A stretch of 63,995 nt of DNA, filler included, from an uncultured bacterium (GTDB lineage: Bacteria > CAYSBA01), in the NCBI GenBank assembly GCA_964429075.1. It is 5 parts of 5 records of this genome, joined end to end, with 100 filler letters (N's around TTAATTAATTAA, not from the genome) between each part and the next. Parts side by side here need not be neighbours in the genome. Positions count along the whole stretch, not along the records: positions 16,183 to 31,756 come from CAYSBA010000005.1; positions 31,857 to 46,572 come from CAYSBA010000006.1; 3 more parts are not named here. The stretch is one strand, 5' to 3'. Below are positions 30,526 to 42,700 of the stretch, piece by piece. Made by a program: the position numbers and the translations under genes. The notes beneath the pieces were generated by a model. It was not told where the DNA came from, searched no databases, and was given only the letters and a program-made list of their open reading frames with translations. Position 1 is the first letter of the stretch; the number at the start of each line of letters is the position of its first letter.

Positions 30526-31314
30526 ATGAGAAAGATACTATCCATTGCCAAAAAGGAATTTGTTATATACTTTACAACCCCAACAGCATATGTAGTCATC
30601 GGTATATTTACCATAATCAGTAGTTATTTCTTCTTGAGGATACTCAGTTTTTACCAGAGACAGGCACTACAGCTTATGCAATTTAAGGCAACAGGTATGC
30701 TGGAGATGATGAATCTTAACGATATGGTAATAAGACCACTATATCTCAATATAGATATCTTTTTCCTGCTAATGATCCCTGTAATAACTATGAAACTCTT
30801 TGCAGAAGAAAAACGAATGGGTACATATGAACTCCTATATACCCTCCCTATAGATACATTAAAAATAGTTATTGGTAAATATCTTGGCGCTCTTTCTGTT
30901 GTTTTTGTTATGGTAGTAATTGCATTATGCTATCCCCTCTTACTCACACTATTTTCATCAGGTCCAGGTGGTGGTCTTGAGTGGGGTCCGGTATGGAGTG
31001 GCTCTGCTGGACTTTTCCTCATGGGTGCAGCCTTTGCAAGTCTGGGCATGTTTGCAAGTTCACTGACCGACAGCCAGATAGTTGCAGCAATCGTTGCCTT
31101 CGGCGCACTACTTATCTTCTGGGTAATAGGATGGGCCTCAGCTGATGCAGAAGGTATTACAAAATCCATTCTTGAGTATATATCTGTTTTTAAACACATG
31201 GACAACCTTACAAAAGGTCTTCTAGTAAGCTCAGATTTTATATACTATATAAGTTTTGCAATCTTTTTCTTGTTTGCAACAAACAGGGTTGTTGAATCCC
31301 ATAGGTGGAGATAA
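30526..31314 (+). CDS. ABC-2 permease (GldF-like)
   Basis: TMKLFAEEKRMGTYELL, GKYL, SSLTDSQIVAA; six TMs. Confidence 0.9.
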   Translation: MRKILSIAKKEFVIYFTTPTAYVVIGIFTIISSYFFLRILSFYQRQALQLMQFKATGMLEMMNLNDMVIRPLYLNIDIFFLLMIPVITMKLFAEEKRMGTYELLYTLPIDTLKIVIGKYLGALSVVFVMVVIALCYPLLLTLFSSGPGGGLEWGPVWSGSAGLFLMGAAFASLGMFASSLTDSQIVAAIVAFGALLIFWVIGWASADAEGITKSILEYISVFKHMDNLTKGLLVSSDFIYYISFAIFFLFATNRVVESHRWR

Positions 31315-31316
31315 CA

Positions 31317-31756
31317 ATGAAAGAAACAACACGCAAAAATATGGCTAAATTTCTACTTTGGTTTGGTCTTGTGCTTATGGCCTTTGGTATACTTACTAAG
31401 CTTGTAAACTCTCAAGATGTGACTATCGCCGGAAGCCTTTTTGTGGCCGGTCTTATACTTGTCATCCTTTATCCTATCCTTGATTTCTCAGGATTTGTTG
31501 GATTCTTCAAGGCAAGACAGACAAGATTTGGCTTTGTTAGCCTGCTTTATACCCTTGCATTTCTTATCCTTATAGGTTTTATAAACTATATCTCCACAAG
31601 ACATGAAAAGAGAATAGATATTACTAAAGACAAACTCTATACCCTATCACCACAATCCAAAACGGTACTGAAAAAGATCAATAAGGAATTAAAGATCCTT
31701 GCCTTTTACTCCCCATCAGAAAGAACCTATGAAAAACTCAATGAACTGCTCAATAT
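31317..31756 (+). CDS. GldG-like ABC auxiliary protein (3' truncated)
   Basis: TMs followed by RIDITKDKLYTLSPQS; ends at the contig edge. Confidence 0.82.
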
Positions 31757-31856
31757 NNNNNNNNNNNNNNNNNNNNNNNNNNNNNNNNNNNNNNNNNNNN
31801 TTAATTAATTAANNNNNNNNNNNNNNNNNNNNNNNNNNNNNNNNNNNNNNNNNNNN
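31757..31856. other. Artificial contig-joining spacer
   Basis: N-TTAATTAATTAA-N. Confidence 0.98.
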
Positions 31857-31857
31857 T

Positions 31858-32436
31858 CAAAATGAATTGTGGATAAATGATAAAAACACAATATATCATA
31901 TTCAGGGGCTCAAAAAACAGAATAGAACCACAATATGTGAGACCTTAGAGATATTTGTCTTAAAAGATAAAAAGATAACACGCTATGCTCGTTTCAAATA
32001 TCATGATAAATCTTCAAGAGGTTTTCTGGAAATTGCCTATGATCTAACAACTTCTTCTCCAAAAAGACTGGAGGCATGGCAACAAAAGATTCCATCTATT
32101 GAAAAGCTTGCACGTCTTGCCTACGACCCAACACTACTTTCAAACCAGACCCTTTTTAATGCTATAAATGACTGTGGTAAAGGATGTAAACGCATCAGAC
32201 TTTTGATAGAAGCATACACAAGGATCTGGTTTATTTTTGTCTCCATACTGGGTAGTATGGTAGTGCTTTTTTTAGCCATTAGATTTGAACTAAAAAGGTT
32301 TCATCAGGCCATTTTGCTGAGCATATGCTGTATTGTGATCTATTATCTTTTTGCCCTTATTATCTATCTCTTCGGGCTCAACATACCTTTAAGTCTCACT
32401 TTTTCAAAGCTATTTTATAATGAGGTGCTGTTATGA
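31858..32436 (+). CDS. Probable LptF/LptG-family permease, C-terminal part (5' truncated)
   Basis: Frame open from the contig edge; beta-rich segment starting LWIND, then C-terminal TMs. Confidence 0.45.
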   Translation, partial: QNELWINDKNTIYHIQGLKKQNRTTICETLEIFVLKDKKITRYARFKYHDKSSRGFLEIAYDLTTSSPKRLEAWQQKIPSIEKLARLAYDPTLLSNQTLFNAINDCGKGCKRIRLLIEAYTRIWFIFVSILGSMVVLFLAIRFELKRFHQAILLSICCIVIYYLFALIIYLFGLNIPLSLTFSKLFYNEVLL

Positions 32437-33299
32437 GAGGATATCTTAATGAAAAGACTTACAAAATTGGTAGACTCACTATGGATATAAAAGAGATGCC
32501 TGTTGTGATGGGAATATTAAACGTAACACCAGATTCTTTTTCAGACGGAGGACTTTACACAGATATCGATAGCGCAACCAGAAGGGCCATAATAATGGAG
32601 AGTGAAGGGGCAAAAATTATAGATATAGGCGGTGAATCAACGAGGCCAGGTGCAGATCCGGTTGATCTTGAGACAGAGCTCAAAAGAGTGATTCCAGTAA
32701 TAAAATCCTTAAGAGAAAGATCATCGATTCTGATCTCAATAGACACCTACAAAGCAAAAGTTGCAGAGGAAGCAATACTCAAAGGAGCGGATATAGTAAA
32801 TGATATAAGCGGGTTGAGACAGGATAAAAATATGGTCAGGGTTGTAGCTGATTCTGGTGTACCTGTTGTGATTATGCACATGAAAGGAACTCCAAAGGAT
32901 ATGCAAAAGAATCCTTTCTACAGAGATGTTGTACAGGAGATTATAGACTTTTTTAAAATGCAGATAGACTTTGCACTCGGAAATGGTGTTTCAGAAGATC
33001 AGATCATCCTCGACCCTGGCATAGGATTTGGCAAGACACTCGAGCATAATCTTACAATTTTGGCAAACCTTGATCGATTCAGGTCTCTCGGGTTTCCGCT
33101 ACTTGTTGGTGTATCAAGAAAGTCATTTATAGGTACAATATGTGATATAAAAGTACCAAAACAGAGAGTATATGGCACAATTGGTGCTGTTATATTATGC
33201 GCATTAAAAGGTACAGAAATAGTCAGAGTCCATGATGTAAGACCTATCCGCGAGGCACTTCAGGTAGTTAATGCCATCAAACGATTTGAAAGAGATTAA
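32433..33299 (+). CDS. folP: Dihydropteroate synthase
   Basis: MGILNVTPDSFSDGG, GGESTRPG, DPGIGFGK, SRKSF, RVHDV. Confidence 0.98.
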   Translation: MRGYLNEKTYKIGRLTMDIKEMPVVMGILNVTPDSFSDGGLYTDIDSATRRAIIMESEGAKIIDIGGESTRPGADPVDLETELKRVIPVIKSLRERSSILISIDTYKAKVAEEAILKGADIVNDISGLRQDKNMVRVVADSGVPVVIMHMKGTPKDMQKNPFYRDVVQEIIDFFKMQIDFALGNGVSEDQIILDPGIGFGKTLEHNLTILANLDRFRSLGFPLLVGVSRKSFIGTICDIKVPKQRVYGTIGAVILCALKGTEIVRVHDVRPIREALQVVNAIKRFERD

Positions 33300-34378
33300 C
33301 CAATATTATCAAGTACAAACTCTACAAAACGATCAGCAAGTCCCTCAGGGGTGATCTTTTTATCCAGTCTTGTAAGCGGTTTGCCATGACTGTAAAAGAT
33401 ATAATTTCTACGGGATGATACAAGTGCAAAATCACAACCCATTGCCTCTCCAGGGCCATTTACCTCGCACCCCATAACAGCTACCTTTATCCTTTTACTG
33501 CCAAGCACATCTCTTAATCTCTCTTCAACAGACCGTGCAACACCAAGAAACTCTGTGTCTGTCCTCCCGCAGGTAGGGCAGGAAATAAATAACAACCCCT
33601 CTTTATCTTTATAAAACAGATTTACCAGTTCTTTAGCAACAGATACCTCTTTGATAGGATCTTCAGTTAATGAGACCCTTATAGTATCCACCACACCATG
33701 CCACAAAAGCACACCGATCCCTGCAGCAGACTTCATGGTGCCCCATAGAAGTGTACCTGCTTCAGTAATTCCTACATGTAGTGGATAATCTACAAGCTCT
33801 GCAATCCTCAAATTTGCCTCAACCGTCTCCAATACATCGACAGATTTAATAGAAATCTTTATATTCCTGAAATCCAGATCTTCAAATAGCCTGATGTAAC
33901 GAAGTGTTGTATCGATCAGTGCCTTTACCCTATTTTCAGAAGATGATTCTCTTATCACATCCTTTATTGAACCTGAGTTTAATCCAATGCGGATTACACA
34001 AGAGGCATCTTTGGCAACCCGAATTATTTCTTCTACCTTTTTTTTTGATCCGATATTACCGGGGTTTATCCTTATACCTTCAAAACCACTCTCTATCGCC
34101 GTGATAGCAAGCCGATGATCAAAATGAATATCTGCAACGAGCGGAAAATCTACAGACCTTTTTATCTCCTTCAAGCATGCTGCATCTTTTTCATCCTTTA
34201 CGGCAATCCTCACTATCTTAGCACCTGCATCATGCAGTTTTATTGCCTGCTCAATTGTCTTATCTATTCTGGATGTAGGAGTATTACACATAGACTGGAC
34301 CACAACCGGACCACCCCCTCCTATAACCACATTTCCAATGCTAACAGGCCTACTCTTTCTTCGCTTTGGTCTTTTCAT
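33296..34378 (-). CDS. ispG: HMBPP synthase IspG
   Basis: VQSM, VADIHF, RINPGN, HVGITEAG, SCPTCGR, MGCEVNGPGE. Confidence 0.97.
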   Translation of the reverse strand: MKRPKRRKSRPVSIGNVVIGGGGPVVVQSMCNTPTSRIDKTIEQAIKLHDAGAKIVRIAVKDEKDAACLKEIKRSVDFPLVADIHFDHRLAITAIESGFEGIRINPGNIGSKKKVEEIIRVAKDASCVIRIGLNSGSIKDVIRESSSENRVKALIDTTLRYIRLFEDLDFRNIKISIKSVDVLETVEANLRIAELVDYPLHVGITEAGTLLWGTMKSAAGIGVLLWHGVVDTIRVSLTEDPIKEVSVAKELVNLFYKDKEGLLFISCPTCGRTDTEFLGVARSVEERLRDVLGSKRIKVAVMGCEVNGPGEAMGCDFALVSSRRNYIFYSHGKPLTRLDKKITPEGLADRFVEFVLDNIG

Positions 34379-34874
34379 CTTTCAGTCCAAAAGGATTGAG
34401 TAGATTTTGCGTTATAGCTCTGTAGACAAGCCTCTGTACAAGCCAGTGCCCATCTTCGTTTCTGAAAGTAAAATCAGCAGCATATACATCTTTCTGACTA
34501 TCCCCGCTGAGGTATGCAACCAGTTTGCAGGTGGCACTTTCTTTACTGTGTCTAACAATAGTAAGGATCTTGTATTTTATCTCTATTTTTCTATTTCTAA
34601 AAAAATGAAAAATAAGTAAGGACTTCAGGCTTTTCTTATCTCTTAATAGATCGTTACCTAAAAAATCATCGGTAACACTATTTAATACGTATTTTATATC
34701 CTTTTCCTCTATCGATTTTTCAATCTTTGTCAGTCGAGCCATTATCCTGTTTTTATAGTTACTCCTTTTACATCCAGTTATTATGCATAACAAAAGCAAA
34801 ACAGAAATAAAGAGGATTGGATCAATATTTAAAGTCGTCGTATCTAACAGAGCTCTTTTTTGAATCACTTCCAT
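34350..34874 (-). CDS. Putative lipoprotein, NTF2-like fold (start uncertain)
   Basis: Lipobox IITGC and FRNEDGHWLV end motif. The track start at 35054 lies deep inside spoVR and is unlikely. Confidence 0.5.
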   Translation of the reverse strand: MEVIQKRALLDTTTLNIDPILFISVLLLLCIITGCKRSNYKNRIMARLTKIEKSIEEKDIKYVLNSVTDDFLGNDLLRDKKSLKSLLIFHFFRNRKIEIKYKILTIVRHSKESATCKLVAYLSGDSQKDVYAADFTFRNEDGHWLVQRLVYRAITQNLLNPFGLKDEKTKAKKE

Positions 34875-36339
34875 CAAAACTGTATAGAATCCCCGATCCA
34901 TTTTCATCGCATGTAACAATATGAACAGGCCTCTTCCACAATCGATAGATATTTGGAAGGGTTTCACGAGTGTACTTTTCATCCAGTGGTATTCCCTCAA
35001 ATAGATGACGTAGCAACAACTCTCCTCTATTTTTATAGTTTGCATCCACCACATCTATTATGGGATTGCCAAGATTAGTTAATGACATAAGCAGCTTTTG
35101 CTTTATTTTATTAAAATCTCTACTCGAGATCTCCCAGTTCCCTGTGTTTTTATTGTAGTCGTACGTAAAAAGCCTATGCTTGGATGCGAATTCCTCTGTC
35201 AAAAACTCATCGATAAAACTGATATCGTTGTAAATTTTTCTGACCTCAAAAATCTTTTCCATTCCGAGACCGAGATGAAGGTCCCATTTTTCTTTCTCGA
35301 CAAGGTTGTCACACTCTTCATAATCCTTACCAAATTTGCCTTTGTTCCATACCTCTTCTATTTCTTTATAAAGTAATACCCCAAGTCTATATGGATTGAG
35401 TGTCCCAGGCTGTTGTGCAATTGTCCCTGAATGGTGGTCTGCATAATCAATAATCTCAGAATCTTTAAGAACCTTCTCTGTCATAATCTTTGAATGCCAG
35501 TATGTAGCCCAACCCTCATTCATTATCTTGGTCATAGCCTGCGGAGCGAAGTAGTATGCCTCATCTCTAATGATAGAAAGGATATCTGCCTCCCAATCCC
35601 TGATTGGCGCATTTTCAATGAGAAATTTCATAACATCCCTTACAGGTCTATGGGGGAATTTTATTATCTTTTTTCTCCGTTCTTCTTCCTCTTTAATCCT
35701 TCTCTTTTGTTCTTCTATAAACGATTCTGGATTGATGTGTCTTCGCATATAACTCTTATCGATCCTGAATTTTATTATCTTTGTGCTGTCCTGTTTCTCT
35801 TCATCAGGGGAGGCGCGCTTTACATAAAGACTATGATAGTCAATAAGGTTGTCAATACTCAAGGCAATATCTATAAATTCTTCAACTTCGTCCATTCCAT
35901 ACTTATCTATGAAGCGTCTTATCCTGCTTGCATGGTTTGCCATCTGATCGAGCATACTTCTGTTGGTGGGTTCAAACCATATGTTGTTCTTAAAGAAATC
36001 GCAGTGTGCAAAGACATGCGCTATCACCAGTTTGTGATCTACAATTGTATTATCTTCCATAAGATAGGCATAGCAGGGATCGTTATTAATAACCATCTCA
36101 TATATTTTATGGAGACCATATCTGTAACTCTGAGAGAGCCTTTCATACTCCATACCAAAACGCCAATGAGGATATCGTACAGGAAACCCTTGATATGCTG
36201 CAAGCATATTCATCTGTTCAAAACTCACAATTTCAAAGATAACATCAAAGAAATCGAGCCCATAACCCCTTGCATAATACTCTATTTCCTTTATTGTCTC
36301 ATATAAAAATTCCCATTTTTTGGGTCTGTTCACCTCCAT
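34822..36339 (-). CDS. spoVR: SpoVR/YcgB family protein
   Basis: RYPHWRFG, YEMVINNDP, AHCDFFKNN, TKIMNEGWATYWH, NPYRLG. Confidence 0.96.
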   Translation of the reverse strand: MEVNRPKKWEFLYETIKEIEYYARGYGLDFFDVIFEIVSFEQMNMLAAYQGFPVRYPHWRFGMEYERLSQSYRYGLHKIYEMVINNDPCYAYLMEDNTIVDHKLVIAHVFAHCDFFKNNIWFEPTNRSMLDQMANHASRIRRFIDKYGMDEVEEFIDIALSIDNLIDYHSLYVKRASPDEEKQDSTKIIKFRIDKSYMRRHINPESFIEEQKRRIKEEEERRKKIIKFPHRPVRDVMKFLIENAPIRDWEADILSIIRDEAYYFAPQAMTKIMNEGWATYWHSKIMTEKVLKDSEIIDYADHHSGTIAQQPGTLNPYRLGVLLYKEIEEVWNKGKFGKDYEECDNLVEKEKWDLHLGLGMEKIFEVRKIYNDISFIDEFLTEEFASKHRLFTYDYNKNTGNWEISSRDFNKIKQKLLMSLTNLGNPIIDVVDANYKNRGELLLRHLFEGIPLDEKYTRETLPNIYRLWKRPVHIVTCDENGSGILYSFDGSDSKKSSVRYDDFKY

Positions 36340-37460
36340 TATTTGCCCTTTCCAAGAAAATCTTTCAGTGAATTCAGGATATCCTCTTTTGAGTTGATCT
36401 CTGAAAGTATGAGCCTTTCATCCTCAATATATTTTCTGAGATCCTTTATGAACTGACCAGATCCATAGGCACTTTTAACCTGCCCATATCCAAAGAGATT
36501 ACATGCAGGCAGTAGACTACGCTTTAATATTTCAACACACTTAAGCGTGTCCTCCTCTGCCCAGTTATCTCCATCAGAAAAATGAAAAAGATAGATATTC
36601 CACTCCTGTGGAGGATATTCTTCACGGATCAACTTCTCTGCAAGTGCATAAGCTGTCGATATCATTGTGCCACCACCCTCCCTTATGGTAAAAAAGGTCT
36701 CCCTATCTACCTCCTTTGCCACTGCTTCATGAACTATGTAGCGATATTTAACATTCTCATAATGTTTTCTGATCCAAGTATCGATCCAGAATGCCTCGGT
36801 GCGTACTATCTCTTTCTGTTCATCACCCATAGACCCGGACACATCCATCATATATATAATAACTGCATTGAACTGGGGTATTGGCTTTATTTTCCAGGTC
36901 TTATAGCGTTTGTCATCCGATGTTGGTATTATCACTGGCCTCTTTGGATCATACTCCCCAGATGCGATCTGCCTTTTGAGTGCCCTTTTAAAGGTTCTCT
37001 TTACGTGCCTCAATGACTCTGGTCCTACCCTTGCTATGCCTGTATAACGCCATTTTTTTACATTCACCTGATCTGATCCCTTTGGTTTTATACGTGGCAG
37101 ATTAAGCTCTTCGCCAAGAATATCAGCAATCTCTTCAACGTCTAATTCGACATCAAAACCATGCTGCCCAGGTTGATTACCGGCCTGACCAGGACCCAAT
37201 CCCTGTGTTGGATCTGAAGCAATTGGATCGCCTACCTCACCATCACCCTGACCAACCCCTCCCATCTGTCTGCTACCAAACTTAAAGCGTGGTAGCTCGA
37301 TCCCGGGAATTGGTACCCTCACTATTCTACCACCCTTTTTACCGGGCAATGCACCCTGGACAATATACTTTTTGAGATTTTCTCTTACCTTGCCTTTTAC
37401 AATCTGCCTGAAGCGTGCATGATCTCTATGGATTTTTATGTCATAGGTAACCTTACCCAC
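36339..37460 (-). CDS. YeaH/YhbH (DUF444) vWA-like protein
   Basis: MMDVSGSM, GGTMIS, FHFSDGDNW. Confidence 0.95.
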   Translation of the reverse strand: MGKVTYDIKIHRDHARFRQIVKGKVRENLKKYIVQGALPGKKGGRIVRVPIPGIELPRFKFGSRQMGGVGQGDGEVGDPIASDPTQGLGPGQAGNQPGQHGFDVELDVEEIADILGEELNLPRIKPKGSDQVNVKKWRYTGIARVGPESLRHVKRTFKRALKRQIASGEYDPKRPVIIPTSDDKRYKTWKIKPIPQFNAVIIYMMDVSGSMGDEQKEIVRTEAFWIDTWIRKHYENVKYRYIVHEAVAKEVDRETFFTIREGGGTMISTAYALAEKLIREEYPPQEWNIYLFHFSDGDNWAEEDTLKCVEILKRSLLPACNLFGYGQVKSAYGSGQFIKDLRKYIEDERLILSEINSKEDILNSLKDFLGKGK

Positions 37461-37475
37461 CTTTAATTCCTCTTT

Positions 37476-39560
37476 TTATTCCTCTTTCTTTACCTCACCC
37501 CTTGCAAAGATACTTGCAACAAAGGTTAGGACATCGTTCGCACATACTTCACAGTATCCATAGTTTCTGATCAGACGTTGTTTAACCACATCAATCTTTT
37601 CCTGCGTGTCTTTGTCGACAACCGTAGTTAAAAGACTTGACAGTCTTATCGTGTCCTTCTGATCTTCAAACAGCTTTAATTCAAGCGCCCTATGGAGCCT
37701 CTCGTTGGTCCAGTATTTAAATTGTTTCCCCTCTATTGCAAGAGCTCCAATATAATTCATAATCTCCCTTCTGAAATCATCTTTTCTTGACTCAGTTATT
37801 CCTATTTTTTCTTCAATATCCCTCATCAGTCTTTCATCGGGCTCCTCATCCTGGCCTGTGTAGCGATTTTTGACCTTCTCTTTCTGTACGTAGGCCTTTA
37901 CATTGTCGATATAGTTTGCACACAGACGAGTAATCGCTTCCTCATCTGCCGATATGGCACGCTGAACCTCATTTTTAACAATATCCTCATATTCCTGTTT
38001 TACAAGGGTCATTAAAGCCTTATAGCGTTTTCTTTCCTCATCAGATTTTATCAGGGTGTGATACCTCAAGCCGGACTCAAGTTCATTCAGCACCATAAAG
38101 GGATTTATACATTTTTCTTCATGGTATTTGACCAGTGCGTTGGATATCTTATCCTGAATATAGCGAGGACTTATACCAAACATTCCCTCATTTTCTGATT
38201 CCTTCCGTAACTCTTTTATATTCTCCTCTGTCATACCAGGGAGTGTTTTACCATCGTATAACCTAAGCTTCTGCATAAGAGTAAGATTGAACTTCTTTGG
38301 TTCCTCAAGCCTTGTGAGGACCGCCCACATCGCCGCCATCTCAAGGGTGTGTGGGGCTATGTGTTTATCCTTGATCTTCTCGGCATTAAAATCTTTCTGG
38401 TAGATTTTTACCTCATCCGAGACCCTGGTAATGTATGGTATATCGATTCTTACTGTCCTGTCCCTGAGGGCCTCCATATATTCATTGTTTGCAAGACGTT
38501 TAAATTCTGGTGCATTTGTATGGCCAATTATTACTTCATCGATTGTTGTTGCAGGGAATTTCTTTGGTTTTATTTGATGTTCCTGTGATGCGCCCAGAAG
38601 ATCGTACAAAAAGGCCACATCGAGTTTAAGCATCTCTATAAATTCTATTATACCTCGATTTGCAATATTGAACTCTCCATCAAAACTAAATGCCCTTGGA
38701 TCACTATCGGTTCCATATTCAGCAAGTTTTCTGTAATTTATATCACCTGTAAGTTCGGTTGAGTCCTGATTTTTCTCATCTTTTGGCTGAAAGGTCCCGA
38801 TACCTACTCTGTCCTCCTCGCTCAAGACAAGCCTTCTAACAACTACATGCTGAATAACCTTTTCCCAATCTCCTCCATAATGAATATTGAGCTTGTTAAA
38901 AATAAATCGACACAAAGGACATAGATCACCAGTATCAGGTATCTTATAATCCTTACCCTCTGTAAGCTGTGAGAAAACATCTTCTCTTATCTCTCTTGGA
39001 ATGAGATGCAAAGGTTCTTCATGCATCGGACAATCAAGACGATCTGATTGATCAGCTTCACTGCGTAAAAAGACTGGTAGTTTCCAGTAGTAGGTATATA
39101 GGGCACCCTCTTCAGTCCTGCTGTAACGTTCAAGACCCCTTTTAAGCAGTCTCACTATTGTGCTCTTTGCACTTCCAACCGGGCCATGAAGTAAAAGAAC
39201 TCTCTTTTCGGTACCATAACCAAGGGCTGCGGACTTGATAATGTTTACAAATCGCATCAGGGGTACATCGAGCCCAAATACAGCATCATCTTTAAATGTT
39301 GGATCACTAAAGAAGCGATATCGAATAATCTTTTTTTTGGCATCATCATATTCTTCTGTACCATAGGATATTATCATATCGTAAAGTCGCATAAAGGCAT
39401 TGCGTGTGACCTCCGGATGTTCCCGTACGATTGATAGATAATCCTCAAAGGTGCCTTCCCAGTTCAGTTCTGCAAACTTTTTTCTGTCTATCTTTTTTGC
39501 AATATCCTTTATTAGAGAGGGCTTAGTCCTCCTTGATCTGTTGGTAGTCTTTTGCTGCAT
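37476..39560 (-). CDS. prkA: PrkA/YeaG AAA+ serine protein kinase
   Basis: [39 protein letters not shown] 39560 with SD GGGAGA. Confidence 0.96.
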   Translation of the reverse strand: MQQKTTNRSRRTKPSLIKDIAKKIDRKKFAELNWEGTFEDYLSIVREHPEVTRNAFMRLYDMIISYGTEEYDDAKKKIIRYRFFSDPTFKDDAVFGLDVPLMRFVNIIKSAALGYGTEKRVLLLHGPVGSAKSTIVRLLKRGLERYSRTEEGALYTYYWKLPVFLRSEADQSDRLDCPMHEEPLHLIPREIREDVFSQLTEGKDYKIPDTGDLCPLCRFIFNKLNIHYGGDWEKVIQHVVVRRLVLSEEDRVGIGTFQPKDEKNQDSTELTGDINYRKLAEYGTDSDPRAFSFDGEFNIANRGIIEFIEMLKLDVAFLYDLLGASQEHQIKPKKFPATTIDEVIIGHTNAPEFKRLANNEYMEALRDRTVRIDIPYITRVSDEVKIYQKDFNAEKIKDKHIAPHTLEMAAMWAVLTRLEEPKKFNLTLMQKLRLYDGKTLPGMTEENIKELRKESENEGMFGISPRYIQDKISNALVKYHEEKCINPFMVLNELESGLRYHTLIKSDEERKRYKALMTLVKQEYEDIVKNEVQRAISADEEAITRLCANYIDNVKAYVQKEKVKNRYTGQDEEPDERLMRDIEEKIGITESRKDDFRREIMNYIGALAIEGKQFKYWTNERLHRALELKLFEDQKDTIRLSSLLTTVVDKDTQEKIDVVKQRLIRNYGYCEVCANDVLTFVASIFARGEVKKEE

Positions 39561-39606
39561 AGATTTCTCCCACAAAAGTGTTAGTAATACAAATTATCTT
39601 ATTTTT

Positions 39607-39635
39607 ATTTTAGCACATAGCACTTTCTATGGCAA
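39607..39635 (-). promoter_or_regulatory. Putative sigma70 promoter of the prkA operon
   Basis: TTGCCA-17 nt-TAAAAT with extended TG. Confidence 0.5.
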
Positions 39636-39711
39636 CCTGTAACATACACAAAATCCTGTAGAAAATAGCTTGATATTTATATAGCCGTCTGGTATCCACA
39701 TCTTACAATAA

Positions 39712-42700
39712 ATGGCCAAGAGAGATGACATTGAAAGCATACTTATAATTGGTTCCGGACCAATCAAGATAGGTCAGGCTTGTGAATTTGACTATTCTGG
39801 AAGTCAGGCAATAAAGGCCCTAAAAGAAGATGGCTATAGAATAATCCTTATCAACTCAAATCCTGCAACAATAATGACAGACGTAGAGTTTGCAGATAGG
39901 ACCTATATAGAACCTCTTACAGCCGATTTTGTAGAAAAAGTGATAGATATAGAAAGACCGGATGGAATCCTTGCTACCCTTGGTGGTCAGACAGCACTCA
40001 ATCTTGCAATGGAACTTGATAAAAGGGATGTGTACAAACGCTACAGAACAAAACTCCTTGGTGTGACACCAGATATTATCGACAGAACTGAAGACCGTAA
40101 ACGATTCAAAGAGATTGTGGAATCAATCGGACTTGAGGTCCTTAAGAGTCTTTATGTATCAAATACAAGACAGGCCCTTGATGCTGTAGAGTATGTAGGT
40201 TTCCCTGCTATCATAAGGCCGAGTTACACCCTTGGTGGTAGCGGAGCATTTGTGGCCTATAATATAAATGAATTCAGAGATTTTGTTGAAAAAGCACTCA
40301 ATGAAAGTCCAGTTTCAAAGGTGTTGATTGAGGAGTCTGCTCTCGGATGGAAGGAGTTTGAGATGGAGGTGATACGTGATCGGGCAGACAATACGGTTAT
40401 TGTATGTAGTATTGAAAATATAAGCCCTATGGGTGTACATACGGGAGATAGTGTTACAGTTGCACCTGCACAGACCCTTTCAGACAGGGAATATCAAAGA
40501 ATGAGAGACGCATCTATCGCGATTATGAAGGCGATAGGCATAGATACAGGGGGATCAAACATACAGTTTGCTATACATCCCAGAACAGGCAGAATGGTTG
40601 TTATCGAGATGAATCCGAGGGTATCAAGAAGCTCTGCCCTTGCATCAAAGGCCACCGGCTTTCCTATAGCAAGGGTTGCAGCAAAACTTGCAGTAGGTTA
40701 CACCCTCGATGAGTTAACAAATGAGATTACAAAAAGATCTTCTGTTGCCTTTGAACCATCCCTCGATTATGTGGTTATAAAGGCACCCCGTTTTGATTTT
40801 AATAAATTTCCAGGAACAGAGAGACAGCTAACGACCCAGATGAAGTCTGTTGGTGAGGTTATGGCCATTGGTAGGACCTTTAAGGAGGCGTTGCAAAAGG
40901 CATTCTTCTCTCTTGAAAAGGGGTACAATGGTATTTTACCACGTATTGAAAAGACCCAAAGTGGGCTTGTTATTGTTGAAGATAGGAAGTTGGATCTTGA
41001 GGAGGCAAGGGATCTTTTAAGGTTAAAATTGAGGACACACAGGGAGGATACCCTGTTTGATGTTATGGATGCATTTGCTCTTGGTCTTTCACCAGATGAG
41101 GTAAGTTCTGCTACTAAGATTGATCCGTGGTTTATATCACAGATGTATGAGATATTTGTAGAATTTAATCACCTGCGACAAACCAGAAAGATAAGACTCG
41201 ATAGAGATAAGATGTATAGATTAAAACAATCAGGCTTTTCAGACAGGGCAATTGCCGATGCACTCGGAATGCTTGAGAGCGATATCAGAAGGATGCGACA
41301 TTCTATGGAAATTAAGGCAGTTTACAAACGGATTGATACCTGTGCAGCAGAATTTGAGGCCTACACACCTTATGTATATTCTACTTATGAATCAGAATGT
41401 GAGTCCCTGCCAGCTGATTGTAAGAAAATTATCATACTCGGTAGTGGTCCCAATCGTATTGGACAGGGGATAGAATTCGACTACTGTTGCGTAAAGGCAG
41501 CTGAGGGCTTTAAAGAAGAAGGCTATCAAACTATCATGGTAAACTGTAACCCAGAAACTGTAAGCACCGATTACGATGTAGTAGACAGACTCTACTTTGA
41601 ACCACTTACCTTGGAGCATGTACTGAGGATAATCGAGTTGGAGAAACCTGATGGAGTGGTACTTCAGTTCGGTGGTCAGACACCGTTAAAACTTGCAATG
41701 GATCTTAACAGATTAAATATCCCGATTATGGGAACACAGCCAGATGTTATCGATATTGCTGAGGATAGAAAAAGATTTGAATCTCTTATAAATCTGCTTG
41801 GATTGAAGAAACCTGAAAGTCATACAGCATCGAGTCTGGACGAGGCCCTGCACATAGTGGAGAGTATGGGATTTCCAATTATAATTAGACCTTCTTATGT
41901 GATTGGTGGACAATGGATGGAAATCTTTCACGATAGTGAAGGCCTTGAGTCATTGATAACAAGTGCCCTGAAGGTGTCCCAGGGTCGTCCCATACTTATA
42001 GACAGGTTTCTTGCTGATGCAGTAGAGGTAGATGTAGATCTTATCTGCGATGGAAGAGACACCCTGATAGGCGGCATTATGGAACACATAGAGGAGGCCG
42101 GGGTTCACTCTGGCGATTCTACCTGCATACTGCCTCCTGTTCACCTTAAAGAGTCTATAATTCAAGAGATAGAACGAGAGTCAAGACTGCTTGCAACAGA
42201 ACTTGGCGTAGTAGGACTTATGAATATCCAGTTTGCTGTGAAGGACAATCAGGTATTCGTACTTGAGGTAAATCCGCGTTCTTCCCGTTCAGTCCCATTT
42301 GTCAGTAAGGCAACAGGAATTCCCATGGCAAAACTTGCAGCAAAGATTATCTCAGGAAAATCCTTAAAAGAACTTGGATATTCTGAGCGCTTGAGGCCTG
42401 ATCATGTTGCGGTAAAATCGGTGGTATTCCCTTTTAAAAAGTTTCCCGGCACAGACATACTCTTGGGTCCACAGATGAAATCTACCGGCGAGAGTATGGG
42501 GATTTCAAAAGACTTTCCGGAGGCATTCTATAAGGCACAACTCGGTGCTGAAAATCCTATCCCCCTGGGAGGGACTGTCTTTATCAGTGTGAAGGACCGC
42601 GACAAAGAACGTGTCATCGAAGTGGCAAAGGAGCTTGTAAACATGCATTTTAAGGTGATTGCCACATCAGGTACTGCATCCTATCTTGAAAAGGCAAACA

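Noticed and set aside
34875..35054. Long N-terminal extension of the 234-aa ORF overlapping spoVR
   Set aside because: Alternative-frame run-on; the lipoprotein signal lies further downstream
35494..36306. 270-aa plus-strand ORF, and similar antisense ORFs opposite other genes
   Set aside because: Entirely antisense to a well-conserved gene, with no motifs or RBS
39609..39625. TAGCAC repeat resembling a CIRCE half-site
   Set aside because: A direct repeat inside a promoter spacer; lacks TTAGCACTC-N9-GAGTGCTAA symmetry
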